Virus record (IMG/VR): IMGVR_UViG_3300048911_000053 | Source: an uncultured virus (IMG/VR IMGVR_UViG_3300048911_000053) | Taxonomy: Duplodnaviria; Heunggongvirae; Uroviricota; Caudoviricetes | Length of the DNA: 64,000 nucleotides | Direction: 5' to 3' (one strand) | In this document: piece by piece, positions 48,509 to 58,432 of the stretch | Layout: the number at the start of each line of letters is the position of its first letter | How positions within the stretch are numbered: position 1 is the first letter of the stretch | Notes under the pieces: model-generated | What the model saw: only the letters and a program-made list of their open reading frames with translations | What the model was told of the DNA's origin: nothing | Databases searched by the model: none | Program-made: the position numbers and the translations under genes

Positions 48509-48543
48509 GAGGTGCCCGTTAGGGCGAGGGTAAAAGGGTGTGG

Positions 48544-48927
48544 CTAGTTTAAGAGTTCGTCCGGTATTTCTACCGTGTCACCGAATTTGGATGCGACATA
48601 GCAGCGCATGGCGGCTTCGAGTGGTGTTGATCCGGGATACTGCCAAGGTTCGCTATCTTCGACGTAAATAATAGCTGTCCAGTCTAAGATAGGGTGAATA
48701 TCTTCACTAATGTTAATTCTTTCACGCTCAATAATCGGCCCGCAAGATTCCCAATCTATCGAAAATGATTTAGATAGATTTGGATTTGTTTTCGCGGTTA
48801 CAAAAAAGGTAAAACCGTCGTCTCTTAAACACTCTTTTATTACTATTCGACTTTCACCGTAGAGCAATACCGCAACCGCGTAATCGAGCGCGATATCTGT
48901 TAATTCGGATGTTTTAATAAGGGCCAT
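48544..48927 (-). CDS. NinX/DUF2591-like protein
   Basis: KTSELTDIALDYAVA, DWESCGPIIERERI, GSTPLEAAMRCYVASKFGDTVEIP. Confidence 0.8.
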   Translation of the reverse strand: MALIKTSELTDIALDYAVAVLLYGESRIVIKECLRDDGFTFFVTAKTNPNLSKSFSIDWESCGPIIERERINISEDIHPILDWTAIIYVEDSEPWQYPGSTPLEAAMRCYVASKFGDTVEIPDELLN

Positions 48928-48991
48928 TTTGTTTAATCCTCTGCATTATCATCTCTAGTAAATTGTGAAACAAAACTATCTACTTTTTTGC

Positions 48992-49189
48992 TTAACTCTT
49001 TATAGTTTTTTCTACCTCTGCTAATCTTTTTTGATAGTACGTGATCGCTTTAACAAAAGCGGCTTGCTCTGTTTCAGAGCGCATCGCTAAATTCATTCCG
49101 CGAGTTTTATCATATAACCAAAAACCATCACGGCACTCAGTTAAACCGAGAGTATCTGTTAATACGGAGTGTTGGATTATTTTAGACAT
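48992..49189 (-). CDS. Hypothetical early-type protein
   Basis: DGFWLYDKTRGMNLAM; tight operon. Confidence 0.65.
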   Translation of the reverse strand: MSKIIQHSVLTDTLGLTECRDGFWLYDKTRGMNLAMRSETEQAAFVKAITYYQKRLAEVEKTIKS

Positions 49190-49191
49190 GA

Positions 49192-49389
49192 TTACACCCC
49201 GTCAATTGTAATCGTGATTTTCTCGCCCCGGTAGACGATATAACAGCGATTCACTTGTATATGTACCCGTCGCCATTTGCTTTCATAAAGAGCTAGCCAT
49301 CTGTCCGCGTATTCGTTTTTAACGTAGACTTGCTCAGTCCGAAAAGGTCCGTTGCCTGAGCCATGTTGTAAAAAACCGTAATCACTCAT
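49192..49389 (-). CDS. Hypothetical early-type protein
   Basis: Tight operon, GAGG RBS. Confidence 0.65.
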   Translation of the reverse strand: MSDYGFLQHGSGNGPFRTEQVYVKNEYADRWLALYESKWRRVHIQVNRCYIVYRGEKITITIDGV

Positions 49390-49391
49390 GA

Positions 49392-49661
49392 TTATTCATC
49401 CTCCGCATATTGCCCTACATAGCAATATTTATCGTATTGCTCATCGTGCAATAAACCTTCTTTACATAACGAGTCTGTCCAGTTGTTGAACGCTTCGTTA
49501 ATGGCCGGTTGATCGTCCTCCCCGTACTGTTCGATCACGAGAGGTGCGATCTCTTCATCGAATTTCTCGCTTAATTCACCTTCGCTGCTGATTAACGGCG
49601 GGTATTGATTCTCTGCCCACAATTCTACAGCTTCCAACAGATCAAAACTTTTAAATGTCAT
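49392..49661 (-). CDS. Acidic hypothetical protein
   Basis: AAGGAG RBS; strongly Asp/Glu-rich (EAFNNWTDSLCKEG). Confidence 0.7.
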   Translation of the reverse strand: MTFKSFDLLEAVELWAENQYPPLISSEGELSEKFDEEIAPLVIEQYGEDDQPAINEAFNNWTDSLCKEGLLHDEQYDKYCYVGQYAEDE

Positions 49662-49959
49662 GTTGACTCCTTAGCGCTCATGCAAAATTAATTCAATCGG
49701 ATAAAATCTAGCTGAGATTGCGTAACCTTAGCGCGTTCACCCAATGCATTTCGTTAAATTCTATGTGCGGATCAACACTCAAAATGTCCGTTTTCGTTGT
49801 TGCCCAAATGCCACAAACCGGGCAATTTCTTGCCTTTTTAATCGCTTCCTTTAATTCCAGGGTTGTCTCGTATTCCCATCGAGTAATGATCCCATCGCTG
49901 ACATTTTTAAGAATCAAGATATATTCATTGAGCATGGTAGTTCCCAACAATGAGGTGGA

Positions 49960-50412
49960 TTATTGAAACCAGCGAGTACCGACACCGCGCCCCAATTCCT
50001 TCTTGAAATAATCGCGCAGCCACTGCCCCTTGTTGTCAGTATCGGCGGGCATCACATCGCGCATATAACTCCACAAGGCACTCGCCAATACAGCGCAACA
50101 CGCCGCCCGGTACTCCGTCGGATAATATTGGCCTGTGCAATACGTTAAGGATTTACTCTTCTCCTCGTAAGACAGGCGACCGCTGAAGGAATGATCGAGC
50201 GCAAATAAAATGTGATCTTCTGTTAACCCATCGCGGTTATTCACCGCGATGAAAATCTTCTTGAAGTCGGATAATTGTAAAGCGATGCGGGATTTATCCT
50301 CGCGAAAGCCTTCCGTATTATCCCCGCCATAGTTACGGGGATCGAGGCCAGCCGGTTCATACGCCAGATGATTGATAAGGGACAGCAATTGTTGCTTGGT
50401 GGGTTTGCTCAT
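49960..50412 (-). CDS. Hypothetical early-type protein
   Basis: MSKPTKQQLL...LDPRNYG...YCTGQYYPTEYRAACCAVLA; GAGG RBS; directly downstream of a promoter. Confidence 0.7.
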   Translation of the reverse strand: MSKPTKQQLLSLINHLAYEPAGLDPRNYGGDNTEGFREDKSRIALQLSDFKKIFIAVNNRDGLTEDHILFALDHSFSGRLSYEEKSKSLTYCTGQYYPTEYRAACCAVLASALWSYMRDVMPADTDNKGQWLRDYFKKELGRGVGTRWFQ

Positions 50413-50452
50413 TTCTTTACCCTCATTTGTTGTTTTGTGTTTCGATGAGTAA

Positions 50453-50481
50453 ATAATAAGAGGATGAAATAAGGTTGTCAA
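50453..50481 (-). promoter_or_regulatory. sigma70-type early promoter
   Basis: Minus strand TTGACA-17-TATTAT. Confidence 0.8.
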
Positions 50482-50714
50482 TAGAAATATAATAAATTCT
50501 TGTAATAAATAATATTGCCTTAACTTCTTTTGTTTGACATACTCGATGAAATAGAAACTAATTGGAAAAAGAAAAATGGATGCAGCAATAAAAGAAGCGT
50601 TTAAAGAATATCGCCCTATGAGCTGGGTTGAATATGTCGACGGTGTGCGTTTGCGTTACACATTATTCTTGGCCGAACATGCTTAACATACCGTCCTGGT
50701 TGGACTATTGTTGT

Positions 50715-50821
50715 AAAAATCTAGCTAGTCCTTCGGTGAAAACTTAGATAGTCCTATGATAAAAACTTAGATAGTCCTTAAATGAAAAGTCAGACAGTCC
50801 CTATAAAAATCTAGGCAGTCC
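50715..50821. repeat. Five degenerate 17-bp direct repeats, period 23/23/23/21
   Basis: AAAAATCTAGCTAGTCC, GAAAACTTAGATAGTCC, AAAAACTTAGATAGTCC, GAAAAGTCAGACAGTCC, AAAAATCTAGGCAGTCC. Confidence 0.9.
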
Positions 50822-50971
50822 CAGTAATTATTGTAATATTTGCTTTACGTTAAATATTTTTACAATTTTTACGATAAGTGTATTTACTTATTGTAAATAG
50901 ATGAATATAGTGACTTCATTAGATAACTATTCGGGCGAATAGAGATGATAATAAATAGAGCGGGTACAAAT

Positions 50972-50998
50972 AAAAACGGCGGGATTATTCCCCGCCGT
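50972..50998 (-). terminator. Intrinsic terminator overlapping a stop codon
   Basis: ACGGCGGG...CCCGCCGT then TTTT. Confidence 0.7.
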
Positions 50999-51365
50999 CC
51001 TCAGTCTTTTGTCCATCTTCCTTTTTGGCTTCATCAGCGGCCTTGGCTTCCTGCTCGGCTAGGTATTCCTCTTCAATCTGCGTCGGATGCTTTTTCTTAG
51101 GATAGGAATAGCAATGAACCAATACTTCATCATTCGGAAGCGTTCGACAAGTGTACTCACCACCGTATTTTTTCTTGTATTGGCCGATAGCGGCGTTCAT
51201 TTTTGCAATGTTAGTGTTACTAAAAACACCGCTTTTGCCTCGCTCTATTTCCCAAAAGCGATACATGGTTTTTCGACCGCCGCGCGCAATATGAGGAACA
51301 GGACCTTCAACGATTCGAAGTTTACTTCTGTTGTTGGCGTTGTCCTTCTCATTTGGTGTCGACAT
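50985..51365 (-). CDS. Hypothetical protein, possibly DNA-binding
   Basis: GGRKTMYRFWEIERGKS...YTCRTL; AGGAG RBS before MSTPNEK. Confidence 0.6.
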   Translation of the reverse strand: MSTPNEKDNANNRSKLRIVEGPVPHIARGGRKTMYRFWEIERGKSGVFSNTNIAKMNAAIGQYKKKYGGEYTCRTLPNDEVLVHCYSYPKKKHPTQIEEEYLAEQEAKAADEAKKEDGQKTEDGGE

Positions 51366-51607
51366 CTTTAAGCTCCTAATCACAAGAATGTATAAGCTGC
51401 CTATAAATAATACCTGACTAATAAATTAGGTCAATAGTTTTATTCAAGCAATACCAATTAATCTAAGATGAGCTATCCTAGATGAGAAGTCTTATAGCAG
51501 TCTGACAATAAATATACGTATTAGTGCTTATTGTTATTTGTAATCGCTATATAGAGGATGAAGAATAATTAAAGGAGGGAAAGGTAGGTAAAATATAGCC
51601 TTTCCCA

Positions 51608-52654
51608 TTACCTGTAAAAACGCAGCCTTTCCTTGTATGCATTGAGAATGAGTTGTTCAACCAACAAAGGATCAACCTTATCAGGGAATTCTGAATTTTC
51701 AGCCAGTCCTTCAACCTCCTTGATAATTTCATCGAGTAATTCACTCACCTCAGAAAATGGCCTTTCCCCACGTTTAACACTCAGTAAAAAGTCAGCATTG
51801 CCTAATGGGTATTTCAAATCACCAATCACGTAGATTTGTTTGAGTTGATAGGCTGCTCTTAGGGCATGACTCATTGCTTTCCAGTCAACCCCTTCGTTCT
51901 GCATCGCCAAACGAGCGCGCTCGCCGTACTCGTTCCATTTGGCTGTGAGGAGGCGTTTGAATTCTTCAATTCGCATAGTGGGTTGATAGAGCGATCCAAG
52001 AACAGAGTAATACTCCATCTCAGGACGCCTCACCATAAAGCAATGTTCATTGATGGGGAGATTATTCCATTCGATCGATAGATATCTATCAACAGGCTTT
52101 CCATCAATTAAGGCCCCGCCAAAACCGTGGGAAGGAACAGAATGGATAAATTCATAAGTTGTACGGAGAGCGGCTAGACGACTTCCCTTGACTCCGTATT
52201 TATTGGCTTGCTTTTTACAATACCCTAGAAATGCTTTCATGTTCTTTGTATAGAATTCATTCCGTTTAGATCGAATCAAAAGCCACGGAAGATCACCATA
52301 CAAATAAGCATGAGTTACATCATTTGAATGGATCATATCCATTGCAATGGTTTCACCTTCAGATAGCATATGCATAAATTTCTGGATGCTATAAATAGTG
52401 ATTTCAAGATCATTTGCCTTGTTCTTCTCATCTTTACTCTTGACAGGGGCAAATGAGTATTGATCCTTGGCTTTCCCCAGTAACATATTGTTAATGCTCG
52501 GTATATAGATACCTTTAACGTCAATGTCTGAATCAATTGTATTGGTTCCATACAGATAAGAGCCGTGGAGGGTGACAAACATTAGCTTGTCTTGTGGGGC
52601 GGCCTCTCTTTGGAAAAAGTCAATAGTTTCTTGCAGTATTCTCAGCTTGTCCAC
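51608..52654 (-). CDS. Pol-beta superfamily nucleotidyltransferase (T4 NrdC.11/RlaP-like)
   Basis: HGSYLYGTNTIDSDIDVKGIYIP, GYCKKQANKYGVKGSRL, DWKAMSHALR, LLSVKRG. GTG start chosen by RBS. Confidence 0.85.
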   Translation of the reverse strand: MDKLRILQETIDFFQREAAPQDKLMFVTLHGSYLYGTNTIDSDIDVKGIYIPSINNMLLGKAKDQYSFAPVKSKDEKNKANDLEITIYSIQKFMHMLSEGETIAMDMIHSNDVTHAYLYGDLPWLLIRSKRNEFYTKNMKAFLGYCKKQANKYGVKGSRLAALRTTYEFIHSVPSHGFGGALIDGKPVDRYLSIEWNNLPINEHCFMVRRPEMEYYSVLGSLYQPTMRIEEFKRLLTAKWNEYGERARLAMQNEGVDWKAMSHALRAAYQLKQIYVIGDLKYPLGNADFLLSVKRGERPFSEVSELLDEIIKEVEGLAENSEFPDKVDPLLVEQLILNAYKERLRFYR

Positions 52655-52809
52655 TTCTCTTCCTTTATATAGATAAATAATGCTCACTAAAGTATAATAA
52701 ATAAATGTGAAAGTCAACTACTAAAATTAATAAATTAAGTGTTGCACAGTATAATAAATAAGTATAATCTGTTTCTAAGATTAAAGTTAACAGAGGATGA
52801 GAAAACAAA

Positions 52810-53007
52810 TTGACCACTAAGCGCACCAAACACCAGCGTGAACTGTACGAGTTGGCGGGCGAGTTCTTTGAGTTGCGCTCGGCCGCGATAGATTTTCATG
52901 AGTTGGCCACCACCACTCAAAATGAGGGGCTTCGACTTATTGGCGTGAGATTAAAGGCTTACGATGGCGGACATGAAGCAATCAAGCTGGCGGAGAGTGG
53001 AGAGTGA
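52810..53007 (+). CDS. Hypothetical protein
   Basis: First ORF after a promoter-like region. Confidence 0.5.
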   Translation: MTTKRTKHQRELYELAGEFFELRSAAIDFHELATTTQNEGLRLIGVRLKAYDGGHEAIKLAESGE

Positions 53008-53258
53008 AACTTAATAGAGATCGTATTGAATGGTGGCTTGGGCTGCTTACTATCAATGTTTATTGGCCGAACATTTTATTAAGAAAAAGGCAGTTTCATG
53101 CCATTTTTAAAACTCAAATCATTTACAGAAATAGGGCTGATTGGGCTTGGGACAGGAGCTGCGTGTTGCAGATTCTGGGGTTTGGTGTTGGTTTCGCATG
53201 GAATCATTGTGACAACCCGAATTACATTTTCAAATCTAATAGTGAGAGCAAGCAATGA
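53004..53258 (+). CDS. Hypothetical protein
   Basis: GTGA coupling, GGAG RBS. Confidence 0.5.
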   Translation: MKLNRDRIEWWLGLLTINVYWPNILLRKRQFHAIFKTQIIYRNRADWAWDRSCVLQILGFGVGFAWNHCDNPNYIFKSNSESKQ

Positions 53259-53947
53259 AAACCAAAACGATCTACGCAGCGATTGATGAATTAAGCCATC
53301 TTGCGGATAATTTAGAGTTGTGTGCATTTGATCTAAACACAGGGATGCTCGATACCTTTATCAAAAGATTGCGGGAGCTCTCCTGCATCCTGCCCGAACC
53401 GCAGCCGGTTTATAAAGAAGGAACGCCCCTGATAGAAATTGCTGCCGATGGTTGGTCGCGTGGTTTTCTTATCGAACAAACAATCAGCGAACTTATTGCA
53501 CAGGGGTTGCCGTTTGAGGTTGTTATTCGCAGCCTCGTCGAAGGTTTGTGGACTGAATGGAATGAGAATTTGGACAGCATGAACAAAGCTGAACAAAAGC
53601 CGGTGGCGACAGAAATTTTGCACGAAGCTCTTACCTGTATGGATCGAGCGAGAAATATTCTGACAGATGGAAAACCAACACCAACTAATAATTGGGGAAT
53701 GTTGGACACACGATATTTGCGCGAGAGATTGGCCAAAAACTCCCCCACCGAGAGCCGGCCACAGGGTGATGTAAGCATAGATGAAAATTTATTAGATGCT
53801 GCGAGGGATTTTTATAATCGAACTATCGCAGACCCGGTTGTAATTATTAGGGCTTTTACGCAAGAGAGGCAACAATCTATAGCTGAAGCCGGGGAGCGAT
53901 TGAGGCTCGCCTTAGTAGCGCGATTAGGAGAGAGTAAAAATGGGTAA
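53255..53947 (+). CDS. Hypothetical mosaic phage protein
   Basis: 230-aa coupled ORF. Confidence 0.6.
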   Translation: MKTKTIYAAIDELSHLADNLELCAFDLNTGMLDTFIKRLRELSCILPEPQPVYKEGTPLIEIAADGWSRGFLIEQTISELIAQGLPFEVVIRSLVEGLWTEWNENLDSMNKAEQKPVATEILHEALTCMDRARNILTDGKPTPTNNWGMLDTRYLRERLAKNSPTESRPQGDVSIDENLLDAARDFYNRTIADPVVIIRAFTQERQQSIAEAGERLRLALVARLGESKNG

Positions 53948-54272
53948 TGCAACGCTTGAGGGCGCTATCGCATATCTGGAGATCAATATTTCTGCATTGA
54001 TTTCAAACGGAGAATATGAGGAAGCAGAAGAGTTAGAGCCGGTATTGAAGTGGTTGAAGTTAAATCAATCGAGCATTCCAGCCACCACCGCAGCGCATGG
54101 CGTGCCGGATGACATTTTAAATTGGATTCAACAAGACCCAAGCGACCGCTGGATAGATAGTTCAACAACCTGGAATGTTGGATACAGAACGGCTTGGGCA
54201 ACTATAGGCATCATGTTTGAAAAACATGGATTGCTCAACGCCGCCCCCTCTGCGCGTCAGGAGCCGGAGTGA
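53940..54272 (+). CDS. Hypothetical protein
   Basis: AGGAG RBS; ends LLNAAPSARQEPE. Confidence 0.6.
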   Translation: MGNATLEGAIAYLEINISALISNGEYEEAEELEPVLKWLKLNQSSIPATTAAHGVPDDILNWIQQDPSDRWIDSSTTWNVGYRTAWATIGIMFEKHGLLNAAPSARQEPE

Positions 54273-54568
54273 TGAGCGGAAAGCCAAGTAACGAAAAGAC
54301 AGCCGAGCTGTACCTAGCGCTAAAAAACGCCAGAGAATTGGAAGTTAAACTCAACAAGGAAATGGCAGAAATTGAGCGGCTGCAAGCATCAATTGAATTA
54401 TGCCGTCGGGAGTCCGCGACACAGAAAAGGATTGTATTGGATTTGATGAGCAAAATGGATGTTGCAGCTAACGGTAATTATGGATGGGAAAATCGGGTTC
54501 TGTGGTTTTTAGCCGAATTAACTCGACAAGCAGAGCAAGCACCCCAGCCAGCGAGGAATGAAACGTGA
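54269..54568 (+). CDS. Hypothetical coiled-coil protein
   Basis: Coupled ORF. Confidence 0.55.
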   Translation: MMSGKPSNEKTAELYLALKNARELEVKLNKEMAEIERLQASIELCRRESATQKRIVLDLMSKMDVAANGNYGWENRVLWFLAELTRQAEQAPQPARNET

Positions 54569-54765
54569 GAATACTTAATAAACCCGAATTGGATTTGTGG
54601 CTTGACCAAGCTCGAATACTTGGGCATGACTGTTTAGCAATCAAAGGTCCGGCACTTGACGGCATGACTTACGAAGATGGCGAGCCAGTTTTAAGGCCGG
54701 TGAATGTTGCGTGGCGCAATGTGCATACGGGAGACACCATCGACATTATTTATGGCAACGGATAA
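54565..54765 (+). CDS. Hypothetical protein
   Basis: Coupled ORF, GAGG RBS. Confidence 0.5.
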   Translation: MRILNKPELDLWLDQARILGHDCLAIKGPALDGMTYEDGEPVLRPVNVAWRNVHTGDTIDIIYGNG

Positions 54766-54871
54766 GTAATGAGCTTCGATGACATTCCAGAGGATTATCA
54801 AGAAAGTTTTTCGTGCCCGCAATGCCATCAAGGATCGGTGACGCAAAATATTATTTCCGGCGATTGGGAAT

Positions 54872-55912
54872 GTGATTCGTGTGAATTTAAATCCGCGCCG
54901 CAATCAGGAGAGAGTGATGAGTGAACATGAATTAGATGCAGCCTGTAAGGCGCTGTGGGAATGCGAGACACACAAGATGTTGGCAATGGGCGGATACCCT
55001 GTCGATTACGAAAGTCAGCCGGAGACAATAAAGCTGCATTTACGTCGCCAAGTTAGAGCTGTCTTGCAAAATTCCCCCGCGCCCGCTGTCGTTGGTGGTG
55101 AGGCTGATCAATGGACTGAATTTATGCTCAGCGAAGCGCTCGCAACTATTGAAAATGATTATATTGAGGGTGATCTGTCAGCGCTGAGCAAGCCGTCTAT
55201 AGACCGCCGATATTTATGCGTCGAAATGCTTCGCGATCATTTTCGCGGAAGCGCCCCACCCATCATGGAGGCTGAGACTAAACAATTACCAAAAGGACTG
55301 ATTGAGTTTTTAGATTACTCGATAAAGTCTAAACAAGATTTGATGCGAGTGCAGGAAGTCCGCGAGCATATTCGCGATCTGGAAAGATGGAAAGCTGAGC
55401 TTTTGGCTTTAGTCGTCCCACCCATCGTGGATGGGCGGCACACGCCGGAGCCGATTCATCACGACGTGAATGGATGGCCTACGCCTTGGCGTCTGGATTT
55501 AAAAAACGGAGGTCTGCGAGGCGTGTTCAGGGCCGCCAATAGCAAGACTGTTGCTATTGACATGGCGGGTGAGACATACGCCGAAACCGTCGCATTTTTC
55601 CGCCGCATAGTGGCGTGCGTGAATGCTTGTGCGGGAATCGATACCGACTGGCTGGAATCGATGGCGAGCGGTGCGAAAACGCCGCCAAGCTGCGGGAAAG
55701 AGCACCAGCTAATCTTGTGGGATCGCGTCAACACAGCCGAACAACAGCGCGACCGGCTGCTCTCGGCATTACGCAACGCACGTTATCAGCTTGTAGGATG
55801 GCAAGGTGAGCCGACCGAGCATTCTTGTTCGATACATAGAAGCTGCATGGCTGAAATCGACGCAGCCATCGCCGCCGCATCGGGTGAATGCAGAGAACAA
55901 GAAAATGCTTAA
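54872..55912 (+). CDS. Mosaic accessory protein of temperate-phage type (true start probably ~54914)
   Basis: HTPEP...RRIVACVNACAGIDTDWLE...AEQQRDRLLSAL...IDAAIAAA modules; AGGAG before VMSEHEL. Confidence 0.65.
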   Translation: MIRVNLNPRRNQERVMSEHELDAACKALWECETHKMLAMGGYPVDYESQPETIKLHLRRQVRAVLQNSPAPAVVGGEADQWTEFMLSEALATIENDYIEGDLSALSKPSIDRRYLCVEMLRDHFRGSAPPIMEAETKQLPKGLIEFLDYSIKSKQDLMRVQEVREHIRDLERWKAELLALVVPPIVDGRHTPEPIHHDVNGWPTPWRLDLKNGGLRGVFRAANSKTVAIDMAGETYAETVAFFRRIVACVNACAGIDTDWLESMASGAKTPPSCGKEHQLILWDRVNTAEQQRDRLLSALRNARYQLVGWQGEPTEHSCSIHRSCMAEIDAAIAAASGECREQENA

Positions 55913-56384
55913 TCAATGCGATGGATGTCAACGTGGCTTACCATTGAAGAATGGTAGCCACTATAACCCTGATGGCTCTTATGATTACATCGGTTGTACG
56001 AAGAAGCTGTATGTGCAAGAAGAGTCGAATGAATTAATAAGACGAACTAGAGAAATGCAGAATGAAACCGGATTAGGGGTTGTGTATTGCCGTAACATTA
56101 TCAAGATGAAGATGTTGGAAGAAAAAATTAAGTTAAGTAATGAGCTAAACCCTTCCATTAAAGAAATAATCTTGGAGATGTTAGATATCGTTTGGGGAAG
56201 ATGATAGTAATGTACATCTGCTGGAAATGTCTGCATGTAAATAAAATTGAATCAATGCCGATAGTGAAACACAAGACAGAGCAAGAGTATTTTTATTCTT
56301 GCTCAAGTTGTAAATGCAAAACATTTATGTATGGAACGTTTATCACTTCCATGCCAGTTAGTTTAAGTAAGAGAGAAAGACTAA

Positions 56385-57080
56385 ATGAGTTATAAAGAAG
56401 AAAATCCTGTTGTAACGATAGACAGCAGAAATGAGGAAGTATATTCCCACCCTGCTTATGGTGTTGTTGTGTTAACACATGTTAGCGGAGGTAATGGGGT
56501 TTTATTCGGTAGTGATATCGGTCATATGGGACGTATGCGTATCTCAGTGTCTCGTTCAAAACTCCACAGACATCTCAGCAATGATTGGATACATGGTGAA
56601 GGTGGTTTGCCATTAATTGAATTCGAGATGAGTCATGCACAATTTGCAGAATTCATTACAGGTGTTGGGAGAGGGGAGGGAACACCTTGTACTCTTCGTT
56701 ATGCAGCATCTGGCCCTATTGAAGAAATGCCTGCAATCAAATCATTAGAGACTAAGCAGGATTTGTTTAAGCGTGAGATACGGGGTTCTGTAGCTGAGAA
56801 TTTGCAAGCAGTTAGTAAACAGATTACCAAGCTTCAGGAGATGATTGACAGTGGAAAATTATCTAAACCTGAATTACGAGAGATTGCAAAAGACCTTCGT
56901 AATTATATTGATCGAACTCCCGCTGATCTTGAGTTTGTTATTGAACAAAGTGAAGAGGCTTTAGATAAAGCAACGACTCACGCTAAGATCGAAGTTGAAG
57001 CGTTTATTGGAGCAAAAGCACGAAGTTTAGGATTAGAGAGTATTCAACAATTAGCGCAAATTGCTTTGGAAAAAGGATGA
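56385..57080 (+). CDS. Conserved-looking phage hypothetical protein
   Basis: HPAYG...VSGG..LFGSDI...IEFEMSHAQFAEFI...GEGTPCTL. Confidence 0.75.
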   Translation: MSYKEENPVVTIDSRNEEVYSHPAYGVVVLTHVSGGNGVLFGSDIGHMGRMRISVSRSKLHRHLSNDWIHGEGGLPLIEFEMSHAQFAEFITGVGRGEGTPCTLRYAASGPIEEMPAIKSLETKQDLFKREIRGSVAENLQAVSKQITKLQEMIDSGKLSKPELREIAKDLRNYIDRTPADLEFVIEQSEEALDKATTHAKIEVEAFIGAKARSLGLESIQQLAQIALEKG

Positions 57081-57295
57081 GTGAAGGCTGGACAGTAAAC
57101 GAGAATGATTTAGCAATAGCCAAGAGTGGTATTGAATTACAAGCGCAGGCGTATGGCGTTGACCTGGATGTAAAAGAATTTCGCCTTTTCGTAGATCATA
57201 TGATCAATGTGGTAGCAAACCTCTACGCTCAGATTAGGTGGGTACAAAATATTATTCATAAAGAAATTATTGACGGTATAAAAGTAAATGAGTGA
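57077..57295 (+). CDS. Hypothetical protein
   Basis: Coupled ORF. Confidence 0.5.
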   Translation: MSEGWTVNENDLAIAKSGIELQAQAYGVDLDVKEFRLFVDHMINVVANLYAQIRWVQNIIHKEIIDGIKVNE

Positions 57296-57563
57296 GCAAG
57301 TATTAGATTATCAAACGTTCTGCCCACAAGGCACATCAAAAGAAGATCGTAAACGACTCAATGTTGGAGATATATTCGCTAACCAATCGAAGTGTCTGAA
57401 ATGTAATGATGTAGTGAGAAGTCGTAATAGGCATGACTTCAGATCATGCAAATGTGGGAATCTCAGTGTTGATGGTGGTAGTTGCTACTCAAAGAGGCTC
57501 TGCCGTGATGTGTGGGACACTGTAAAAGATATGTCCATTCTTTATGATGATACTGAGGAATAA
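57288..57563 (+). CDS. Zn-ribbon protein
   Basis: CLKCNDVVRSRNRHDFRSCKCGNLSVDGG. Confidence 0.7.
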   Translation: MSEQVLDYQTFCPQGTSKEDRKRLNVGDIFANQSKCLKCNDVVRSRNRHDFRSCKCGNLSVDGGSCYSKRLCRDVWDTVKDMSILYDDTEE

Positions 57564-57565
57564 GA

Positions 57566-58104
57566 TGATTAATAATGAACTACTCAAAAGCATGCTGCAC
57601 AGCCCTATCTATAACTACGCCATCCCAGGTTTAATTTCTTGGATGGTTGGTGAACCGGGTAAGAATGGTTGTGTACGATTGTTTGAAAGCACAAGAAATC
57701 ATGTTGAACCTGTAACTCCTCATAGTCATCGCTTTGATCTTCAGAGCTTCGTGATAAGTGGCATGGTCACTAATCGAATATGGAAACCTGCTATCGGTTC
57801 ATTTGAACACGAAAGAACAGATTCTTATTTAATGTCTTTCTTGGAGTACGAAGGATCGGTAGGTGCTTACATCAAGAAAAATCATACTGTAGGGAGTTGG
57901 TTGGGGGAGGATGCTCTTTACAGATCAGGCGATAACTATTTCATGGCAGCAGACGTTATCCATAGTATTTATTTCACCAAAGGCTCGAAAGTATTGATCT
58001 TCGAAGGACCGAATAAAACAGATAGTTCAATAATCTTGGAGCCATTTGTTGACGGTGAAGTGATAGAAACTTTTAAAGTTGAGCCTTGGATGTTTAAGCG
58101 GTAA
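57566..58104 (+). CDS. Cupin-like hypothetical protein (start approximate)
   Basis: TPHSHRFDLQSFVISGMVTN and IHSI motifs. Confidence 0.6.
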
Positions 58105-58108
58105 GTGT

Positions 58109-58408
58109 ATGCAAGAGTTGATAGAAGTTATAAGGGAATTACAAGAGAATATCATAAATATCAATAAGGCTATCCCTATTGATGTGGCACTGTGGGATTC
58201 TGACACGATAGCAACCTACCTACGTCGTTCACCACGCTCGATGAAGAACATAACACCTCTACCAGACTTCCCAAAACCAATTGTACTTCCAAGCGCAGGT
58301 AATGGAAGAAACGTAATGAAGTTGTGGAAGGCAGTAGAGGTGATTAGTTGGACTGAAGGTTATCAACAGAAGGAAGAGGGGAGAAGGGGAAGAAGAAGGG
58401 TTAATTAA
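58109..58408 (+). CDS. Excisionase/AlpA-like winged-helix protein
   Basis: LWDSDTIATYL...LPDFPKPIVLP...LWKAVEVISW; adjacent to the integrase. Confidence 0.75.
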   Translation: MQELIEVIRELQENIININKAIPIDVALWDSDTIATYLRRSPRSMKNITPLPDFPKPIVLPSAGNGRNVMKLWKAVEVISWTEGYQQKEEGRRGRRRVN

Positions 58409-58432
58409 AAGGGAGGCTTTGCCTCCCTGTTT
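58407..58432. terminator. Bidirectional terminator between the convergent xis-like and int genes
   Basis: AAAAGGGAGGC-TTT-GCCTCCCTGTTT. Confidence 0.8.

Noticed and set aside
49392..49661. Ocr-like DNA mimic
   Set aside because: An acidic early protein is suggestive, but composition alone cannot support the call.
50715..50821. Possible CRISPR array
   Set aside because: Repeats are 17 bp and degenerate with 4-6 nt spacers, and there are no cas genes.
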